The notes below the pieces were generated by a model. The model ran no database searches. It was not told where the DNA came from and saw only the letters and a list, made by a program, of their open reading frames with translations. A DNA stretch of 64,000 nt, from positions 10,389 to 74,388 of the forward strand of contig NIVC01003840.1 of the NCBI GenBank assembly GCA_002269645.1. The letters are read 5' to 3'. The stretch is from Macrostomum lignano (taxonomy: Eukaryota). Both the position numbers and the translations under genes were made by a program. Of the stretch, positions 52,606-64,000 are shown in pieces. How positions within the stretch are numbered: the first letter of the stretch is position 1; every line of letters starts with the position of its first letter.

Positions 52606-55600
52606 TCATTTTCTCCTCCTAGCCTTGGCCTTGCGAATTCCTCCGCTGCCACCAGACTTGGAGCTCGATGCGGGCGCTCGGACCAGATTCTTGTACTTGC
52701 CAAGACGGGCCAACTTGCCAGCAACATTTTTACGGTTCAACAGCCGCCTATCCAACGACAGGTAAGAATAGGGGTCAAGACCGTCCGACTGCGTCTTCTT
52801 CTTTTTAATTTTAGTAGCGCCAGAAGAAGATTTTGCTTGCTTCCGCAATTGCTGCGACTTGTTCAGCTTGCCTCCAGCTGGCTGTTTAGTCATGTCCCGA
52901 TGAATGCCCCGCCCGCCCGGCCGGTACTTGGGCTTGGACGCTGAATCGTCTTCATCATCGGATGAGGAGGACACGCCGCCGGAGATGCTGTCTTCGTCAT
53001 CATTGATAGCGGCAGTGCCGACCTGCTGTTTCATCTTTCGACTCTGTTTAGCTTTCTCACCGACATCCGCATCATCCGAGTCGCTCTCCTCAATGATCAA
53101 ACGTCCATCAGACGACAATTTGAAATCGTCGCCCAGACGTCGCCGCTTGCTAGCAGCGTCAGCGGCGTCGGCGGATAGCGGCGGTCGGCTCCGATGGATC
53201 CTGGCGGCGGCTAGGGAGTCGCGCAAGTCCAGAATCTCGTCGTCGGCCTCCTCCAACCAGGCGGAATCTGCCAAGCGCTTGCTTCGAGACTTGTTGCCGC
53301 TTTTGGCGCTCTTGCTTCTTCTGCCGTCGCCGTCCTCCGAAGCGGAACTGTCAGACGACATGTTCAACAAGTCGTCGATGCCGCGTACAACTCGAGTAGC
53401 TTCGGAGCGTCCACCGATGCTGCTGGAGTCTTCACGGCCAGCGGCTGTTTGTGAGTCTTCGCCGCGTTTGCCGCGCTGTTTCAGGCGCTCCTTGTGCTCG
53501 GTTCGTTTGCGCACATTGGTCAGCTGTTTGTGATAGAAGGCCGGCAGGCCGGCGCGAAGCGTTTCGTAGGGAAAGCCGGCGAGCAGGTCGGTGAGGATGC
53601 GGCGGACAGTGGCTCTGGAATTAGGTCAGGGAGCAAGCAGCTCAATAGTGAGTTTGAGCGTGTGTACGAATGCTTGCCTGCGTACAGTATTGGGCTGCTT
53701 GTATGTGCTCAGGGGTCAAGCGGAATGAGCAGAATTTTTGGGGTCTGTGTGCACCCTGGGGCACTCCACTGACTCCCCGGAGCAGGCACACACTCACACA
53801 GGAGTGCACAGAGGCCCCAACTCTATTTATCGTTAGGCATGTACACTTCACTGTGCCTTGGGGGTTGGTCATCAAGGCCGTTAATTGCACGAGCAGAGCC
53901 AAGCCGAGATTCCAATCTAGCCGCAAATAAATGTGACTAATTGTAGTTAGAGCGTCGGGCTCATAACTGAAAAGTCGGGAGTTCGATTCTCGATCCCACT
54001 GGAACAATTTGTGTCCTTGAGCAAGACACTTAACTCTGCATTGCTTCAGTTCGCCCAGCTGTAAAATGGGTGCCAGCATTAGCTGGGGTAATTGAGGCTG
54101 TGTGTGTGGCGACCCCCCCCCCTCAGTCCTTGGATTGAACAGCCGTTTGCAGCCTTCAGATGCGCCGCGCAATAGCTGCGGCTGAGCTGTCGGTTGCACA
54201 TCTGACCCAATTTGGGCAGGTGCAATCAATTATTATATTATTACTATCATTGTTACTACACTTAAAATCGTTTCTGGGCCGCTGGGACTTCAGAGCACCG
54301 CACTAGGCCACTAGACTACGCCTCCATTGCGATTCAGTGTAGATCTGATAAAAAAAATAAGAGCACTAGGACAAACCTGAAAGCCGGTCGGAGGCTCACC
54401 GGCAAAGCCTCCAAGCACTGCGCCACCTGCTCCAGGGTGTAAGCGTGACCAAATCTACGAACCACCGACGCTAAACAACGCAGCGCCGCTTTCACCAACG
54501 TTCTCGGACTGTCCGAAGCGGACATTGTGTCTGACAGGCGTTGCAACAAAGACGCTAACAAAGACCGATTCATACAGTGACGCAGATGACTCAGCAGGCC
54601 TGTCACCGAGTACAGAGCAGCCTGCAGTGTGGCATGCTCGTTGCCAGCCGCGGCAAACACCGCAGCCAGAAATCCAATAGCAGCATTGCCACCAGCATCA
54701 TCGTCTTCATCAACATCTGTTCGCACCTGTTGAGCATAGAATCGGAACACCTCCAACAGGAGACTGTCAGCGGCTTCTCTAGCCTGACTGTTCTGCTCTG
54801 TGCTACCCAGTACAGCCTCTGGCAGGGCCAGCTCTGCCAACTGGCGCCTCTGCTCGTCAGTCTCCAACCAGCTGGTTCCATTGGACACGCACAGAGCCAG
54901 ACAGCGTAGCCGGGACTTGCGACTACTTGGCAAGGCTTGGCCTCCAGACGAGGCCAGATCTAATAGCAGCTTGGCTAGACGATGAATATTGGCTATATTG
55001 GACTCGGATGCGATGCCTGAGTTGCTGGGCAGCGACTGGAATGTGTTGGTTGGGACAATACCTAATGTAAATTTATGGTATTGACATACTGCCCATTAAC
55101 TTATTGTAATTTTACCAAATATCTGACTCAATAGCTGACCTAATATCTGACTCAATATCTGACCCAATATCTGACTCAATATCTGACCCAATATCTGACT
55201 CAATATCTGACCCAATATCTGACTCAATATCTGACCCAATATCTGACTCAATATCTGACCCAATATCTGACTCAATATCTGACTCAATATCTGACCCAAT
55301 ATCTGACTCAATATCTGACTCAATATCTGACCCAATATCTGACTCAATAGCTGACCCAATATCTGACTCAATAGCTGACTTAATATCTGACTCAATAGCT
55401 GACCCAATATCTGACTTAATATCTGACTCAATATCTGACCCAATATCTGACTCAATAGCTGACCCAATATCTGACTCAATATCTGACCCAATATCTGACT
55501 CAATAGCTGACCCAATATCTGACTCAATATCTGACTCAATATCTGACTCAATAGCTGACCCAATATCTGACTCAATAGCTGACCCAATATCTGACTCAAT

Positions 55601-58600
55601 AGCTGACCCAATATCTGACTCAATAGCTGACTCAATAGCTGACTTAATATCTGACTCAATATCTGACCCAATATCTGACTCAATATCTGACTCAATATCT
55701 GACTCAATATCTGACTCTATAGCTGACCGAATATCTGACTCAATAGCTGACCCAATATCTGACTAATTAGCTGACCCAATATCTGGTCAATATCAACAAT
55801 TGATCCAGCAATCACCTCATCCCTGCTTTTCCTAGCCGCAGTTAACAAGGCTTCAGCCAGTCTGTAGCCTTTCTTCTCCAAAGCAGCAGATACTTGCTCA
55901 ACATCGCTGTCAGACTGATGGACATTGCACCATTGGTTACACAGGTCCACAGCAGGTCCAATGTCAGTCAGGCTAGGCGCCAAAGCAATAACCAAATCTG
56001 CAGCATCTCTACAAGCGGCTTCATCGCTACTAGTATCCTTCATCTTGTAGCCAGCCTCTTTAACTTTAGCAGCGGCTTTAGCAAACCAACTGGATAAAAG
56101 ATTAGATGGTGAGATTTTAGCATAGACTCGAATAGTCTCCAGAGCTGCTAAACGATGCGATCTTGTCGCTGAACTGTCCGAGTGCAAGGCAAACAGTCTC
56201 GGCACGTAGTTCTTAGCGTAGCCAGACATCAGACTGTACAGAGCAGAATTGTCAGCGGCGGCAGCTGACAGGCGTCTCAAAGCAGCCAACAGATGCAAGC
56301 GAATATCCGATCTGGACATGAGCAGCTCGCCAAGCTGCCTGGCCAACCCGGGCAGAGCTTCGGCAGCATCGGTTGGACCGTAGCAGAACGCCGGCAGAGA
56401 CTGCCAGACCTGCAGTTCCAGCAGCCGGGCAGTCGGAGATCCCGAAGCAGCGGCCTGTTGGCAGCGCTTAGCCAGCGGCAGGAGATGACGCGAGAAGGCC
56501 GCCAGCTGGGCGCCTCGCCGAATATGTCGGGGCAGCATCGGCAGCAGCCAAGATCGACGCCAGGTGTCGGACGGAGCGGCCGGATCCAAGCTGTCCAACG
56601 ACACGGCGGCAAGGAAATCAGTCGGACCCAGAGTCTCCAGCGCAGCCGCCAGTGCCGACTCCAAGCAGGTGCACAGATCGGCGTCTTTATCGTCAGCCGT
56701 GTCGCGCAGGTTAGCCAAACTGGTCAGACTGGCAGTCAGATCCGATTGGCCTCGACAATCGTCACCATGACAACGAATAAATGCGGACAATAGCCGACCA
56801 ATATGCGGCCAAGACGGATAATACTGATAGGATGATAGTCCGCTGGTTAGAGTGGCCAAGACGGCAGAACGAATGCTAGCAAGAGCGGCAGGACGCCGGA
56901 TTCGAGGGGCCAGCTCGATCAGCACGTGATGACAGGCATCACGACAAGCCCGTCGGGCAGCCTCGGCGAGACCCGACTGGCCAAGGCCGCGAAACGACAC
57001 GGTGAACAGTTTGATGAGATGGGATTCGAATATCTGGCACTGTTCAGAGTCTGGCTGCTGCTTTTCTTCAGCATCTTCGTCAGCTTCAACAGGTGCCAAA
57101 GCGCCTAAGCCGGCCTTGGCGGTGTCCAACCAGATTCGAGTGCTCTCGGCATCCTCCAAAGGCGGCCGGGCATCGTACAGGGCGCTGACAATCTGGCCGA
57201 TCAGCTGGACAGGCAGCCGACTGTCCAGTCGACGACGCCAGAACAGCGACCGGATGGCGAGCATGGCTTCGGCGAAGGTTCTGGCATCGGCGGTGGGAGC
57301 TACGGCGAGAACTGCTTCGACTGTTGACTTGGCCTGGCGCTCTGTCTGGTGACTGGCGGCCACTCGAAGGAGCCGAAGCGAGAAAGCCGCGGAGCTGGCG
57401 GAGTTGAGCCGATCCAAAGCGAATGCGGTTACCAAGGCAACGGGGACGGAGGCTTCGGTAGAGGCGAGAGTTTCGGTCACGGCTTGCATAGCTGCTTTGC
57501 GAATGCGCGGTCGATCGGACTGGGTGAACTGCAGGACCTGCGTGGGAGTAGTTGTAGTATACTAGATGAAGTAGTAGTGTAATTAGTAGTATTAGTAGTA
57601 GCAGTAGTATTAGTAGTATTAGTAGTAGTCGTAGAAGTAGTAGTAGTGGTAGTATTAGTATTAGTAGTAGTAAAACCCCAGATAAATTGTACAGAAAATA
57701 GCACTACTAATAGTAGTTTAAAACAGCTACTCACCGCCTGCAGCACCTGTCGGGTGGCCGCCGCGTGCCAGGCAGTCTTGGGCAGGGCGGCCAGAGCGCT
57801 GCCAAGGCACAGCAGCAAACTGCGAGGCAGTCCCGCGCCCGATGAAGCAGCAGACTGATCAGCGGTGTCGGATGCTGCGGTCTCAGGCGAGTGCAGCAGC
57901 TGCAAGCAGGCCTGCGTGAGCGGAGCGAATGCCGGCGCCAGAGTGGCCGGGTCCATCCGCTTGGTGAGCACGCTGAGTAAGTGAGCTGCGGCCGGACGAA
58001 TGTCCGAATCAACGGACACTAGAGCAGTCAGTAGGGCCTGGGTAGGCAGATATAACATTTTATAGTTGGCTTTTTTATGCATTACATCTTTTTCGATACA
58101 TATCGGTAACAACTATTTCGGCATAAGAAAGTATTTTTACTACATATCGGCACCAGCTAGTTTAGATAATGAATTGTGTTTCCTATACATATTGGTAGAT
58201 TTTATTTTCGATACATATCGTAACAAATATTTCGGCATTAGATTGTACTTTCGATACATATCGGCACCAGCAAGTTTAGGCAATTATATTGTGTTTTCGA
58301 TACATACCGGCACCAGCTAGTTTAGTCAATCAAACTGTGTTTTCGATACATATCGCACCAGCTAGTTTAGGCAATTAGATTGTGTTTTCGATACATACCG
58401 GTAGATTATATTTTCGATACATATCAGTACCCGCTACTTTAAAAAAATTATTTTGTGTTTTCGATACATATCGGTTCTAGCTGAAGTAAATCAGAGCAAA
58501 TGCGCACCTGAAAGTATTCTTCGTTGGTCTCCCGACCTCCTCTGTCACGAATCAGTTGAGCCACTGCCGCCAACACCGCCAGCGCGCTACGCCTGGCCTC

Positions 58601-58962
58601 GGAATTCTGGCGATCAGCCCAGTGCGTGAGCACCTTCTCAAAGCACTGATTAGTGCAACCAGTGAAATTCGTTGCCCAAGTCTCCACCGATTCAACCGAC
58701 GACTCATCATCGTCATTATCGATCGTTCTTCTTGTATTTGATCTTTACCGTCTATTCGTTTATTATGCCGCTCCAAGGCCGCCTTTGTAATGCCGCCGCC
58801 CTGTGTGGGCAGGTCTGGGGCGAACTGTACAACTCGAGCTCGGTTTACAGCGCTAGCAGCCTCGCGAAATCTTTGACACCTTGGATTTGACGAACTGCTC
58901 TGGCCCTTCTTCCAGCGAACTCCGGTGCGTAGAGTTTTACGCGCGCTGCGCGACACTTTCAT
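52606..58962 (-). CDS. RRP12: RRP12-like ribosome biogenesis protein (HEAT/NUC173), with one 1-nt frameshift in exon 1
   Basis: Exons 58962-58508, 58037-57735, 57537-55816, 55035-54377, 53614-52606 = 4148 nt, one base short of 1383 codons. RWKKGQSSSSNP, LAVLAAVAQLIRDRGGRETNEEYF, RPRIRKAA, LELQVWQSLPAFC and DPYSYLSLD are typical of RRP12. Confidence 0.9.
53652..53932. mobile_element. Two family B SINE fragments in opposite orientation
   Basis: 53741-53932 aligns directly with about 3575-3850; 53652-53740 is the reverse complement of the 3640-3720 segment. Confidence 0.7.
53933..54245 (+). mobile_element. Full-length CORE-SINE (family A) in an RRP12 intron
   Basis: tRNA-like head with B box GGAGTTCGATTCTC (53978-53991). 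TGTGTCCTTGAGCAAGACACTTAACTCTG..CAGTT..CAGCTGTAAAATGGG resembles the MIR CORE domain. (ATT)n-like tail. Confidence 0.85.
55121..55792. repeat. 12-bp minisatellite CTGAC(C/T)CAATA(T/G) in an RRP12 intron
   Basis: About 55 copies. Confidence 0.96.
57548..57672. repeat. (AGT)n microsatellite in an RRP12 intron
   Basis: Imperfect AGT/ATT triplets between donor 57734 and acceptor 57538. Confidence 0.9.
58088..58478. repeat. Degenerate repeat with core TTTCGATACATATCG in RRP12 intron 1
   Basis: About 9 cores, many about 46 bp apart; the core contains the mini-palindrome CGATA-CA-TATCG. Confidence 0.8.
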
Positions 58963-60728
58963 TGCAGGCAATTAGAAATCACTTCTATTTGATATTTTAG
59001 TGAAGCTCAGCTACTTGTAGTAGAAACAATTGCGTTTTAGCATGAAAAAATATATAGTTGGGAAAATTTATTAGGTCGTAAAATCCGATAAGATCTTTAA
59101 AGAAAATCTGCATAAATACGAAGGATGCCCTGTGCCCTGGTGGTTGGCCCCCATGGGTTGTGGAGACTCGAGAAACAAGAGAGACTATTGACACCTTCTA
59201 GTCTCTATAGCTAACACACAGACTAAGCTGACTTAACTTAAAAAAAAAACTGGCAAAAATGCAAAAAACACGTACTGCAGTCACTTTGTTATATATTGCT
59301 CCTAAATATGTATATATATGTAACATATGTATTTATATATATATATATATATATCATTTTTGAATTATGCAATTACTATTAATAATTAATAAAACAATAA
59401 CTTTGGGATTTTGTCCGCAAACACGAGTCCCAGCAATAGAAATATATTGATACGCCAAGTTAATCAGACATACTGGGTAATAATATGATTATTTGCTATC
59501 AGTATATCAATACACAGTAAAAACTTGGCAAAAATGGAGTCGAACGTTTCTATATATAAAAAAATTATTAAGCAAGCAAACAAATTTAAAATTAAACGCG
59601 ATTTAAAATCCTACGTAAGGCCTGTTAGGGTTTTCAACTTTTAAGCAGATCCGATACTGTTATATCACAGGTGCAGGCGGCAGACTGTTGGGACTTAAAA
59701 TTGCTGTATTCGATAGAACAAAGAACACATTATTTTTGAAAAGAAACTAAATTTCCATTGTAGTCTGTTAAAGCTGGTGCATAATTAAATAGTTGAGTCA
59801 AAATTATTAATAATAATGATGATGTTTGCTACAAACAGAAATACGAAACGTTTAAAACAGCATAGTTGCAATGGAAGTTAAGAAGTCAAATTTTAATTAT
59901 TTGAATAACATAAACAGGTGAATAGAAATTAATATAATGTTATAAATAATATCTATACTGGAAGAAGTTGGGCTGCAAAGCATTGTTAACGCTCTCTACT
60001 AAGCTAAATCAATACGATAAAAGGCATTCATATTGATTACTGTTGACACAATTAGAACTAAGTATCCATAGGAATGCATTATTTTATCATATAGATTATT
60101 AATAAACCGTTGTCAGTAATATTGTACGCATTCATTACGGCCTTACATAGAAAAGTGAAGATAAAAAATAGATTATAATATTTTCTTGACACTTCAAGCA
60201 AGATAAAACAGGTGATAAAAACAAAAAAAATCGAAAGTTTTAACAAACTTGATTCTCTTTTCTAAGAATATACGATTTTATTAAATTAATTAGTGAAAAT
60301 TAAAGTGAAACTAAGTCTAAATATCATATTTATTTATGCAAGATTAAGCACAAGAGGCACTAAAGTTCCTACCGTAAAACCGATTAAAAGATACAGGTTA
60401 TTTGTCAAAGCAAAGCATTAAATAATAATAATAATAGCAATGAATGGCACAGCCCTGTACAGACAGAAGCAAATGTACGCTCCACAGTTCCTGGAAATAT
60501 TGTATTTGGCAAGTAAACTTCAAACTTGTTTTACTGCCAATTATCATCTAAACATTCATAAGGCCTGGAAAAATCATTTATTAGGCACTTAGGCACTAAA
60601 ATATTACATTTTTTGATCGATTATAACCCGCATCAAATGTTTAAAGCAAACACTTATTATACTACTTATTTATACTTTGGTTGGCGTCTGTATAATTACT
60701 TTGTGCTGCACTAATTAGAGTAGCGAGT

Positions 60729-63007
<2,279 letters not shown>

Positions 63008-63184
63008 CTGCACGGGATATGCGTTTACAGGTGCATAGACATGTTGATATAGATGTGCGCTTATTATCATGCATTCTCACGCATTAACGCTCCACACACT
63101 TTTTTACACTATATAATTCATTTACTAGACGTCTATAGTAGTTCAGTAACGCATAACCCATCCTACATAAATTCTCATTGGCAA

Positions 63185-63935
63185 ACACCCAACCCCCTAT
63201 AACAACCCATCCTCGATAACACCCTATCCTTCATAACACCCATTCCCCCATAAACATCCCATCCCCTACAAAAACCGATAAGACCCAACCCCATAACACC
63301 CCATCCCCATAACACCCCATCCGCCATAACACCCCATTCCCATAAACCCCATCCCCATAACACCCCATCCGCCATAACATCCCATCCCCATACCACCGAT
63401 CCACCATAACACCCATCCCCCATAACACCTATCCCCCATAACACCAAACAACAACAGCAACAGAGTACGCTGCGGATCACAAAAGCAACGTCAGATGGCA
63501 CGCTTCGAAGCCTGGGCGCGAACAAAGGCCGCACCGCCGGCAGAGTCCGGGGCGCCGGCGTCAGCCCACATCCATAAAACCCCATCCTCCATACCACCGA
63601 TCCGACATAACACCCCATCCCCATAACACCCCATCCGCCATAACACCCATCCCATCCGCCATAACACATCATCCCCATAACACCCCATCCCCCATAACAC
63701 CCCATCCCCCCATACCACCGATCCACCATAACACCCCATACCCATAACACCCATCCCCATAACACCCCATCCCCATAAACACCCCATCCCCCATAACACC
63801 CATCCCATAAACACCCCATCCCCATAACACCCCATCCTCCATACCATCGATCCGCCATAACACCCCATCCCAATAACACCATGTCCCCATAACACCCATC
63901 CCCATAACACCCCATCCCAATAAACACCCCATCCA
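63185..63935. repeat. C/A-rich minisatellite (CCCCATCCCCATAACAC variants)
   Basis: Irregular 15-18 bp units, interrupted by a unique island at 63445-63572. Confidence 0.9.
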
Positions 63936-64000
63936 CAACCCCAGCGGACTCACAGCGGCTGCCTGCTAGCAGTCCTTGGCGTGGGGTGGGCACCAGCTCG

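Noticed and set aside
55096-55815. RRP12 ORF read-through into SQILGQ repeats
   Set aside because: A donor at 55815 and an acceptor before 55035 give an in-phase junction that skips the 12-bp array.
57477-57734. Thr-rich extension (TTTNTNTTT) in the ORF track
   Set aside because: An (AGT)n microsatellite inside an RRP12 intron.

Overview
Animal genomic DNA with GT-AG introns, so the six-frame ORF track is mostly misleading: most long ORFs are translated satellites or antisense shadows. A free-living flatworm of the Macrostomum type is my inference from the repeat landscape, not something the sequence proves. From left to right: (1) a 1-12.7 kb cluster of four small single-pass membrane-protein genes, three with a Shisa-like Cys domain (two of them disabled), interspersed with palindromic hairpin elements; (2) a decayed mariner transposase with a CORE-SINE inserted in its TIR; (3) a two-exon 5-HT2-like aminergic GPCR (+) whose 16.8 kb intron holds several satellites and a hAT-type MITE; (4) four co-oriented minus-strand genes: class I PI3K catalytic subunit (8 exons, intact), TBC1D19 (2 exons, intact), RRP12 (5 exons, one 1-nt frameshift) and the 3' part of PKN (several frameshifts). 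About 17-18 kb (over a quarter of the window) is tandem repeat, in about 25 arrays with 2-55 bp units. The strongest leads are a family of hairpin elements capped by GCGAAGC/GCGTAGC mini-hairpins, next to a decayed tyrosine-recombinase-like ORF; the Shisa-like cluster; related GGCGCC-core monomers shared by a MITE and satellites; a satellite lineage enclosing the last PI3K exon; and a possible trans-spliced operon. All calls were made by hand, without database searches.
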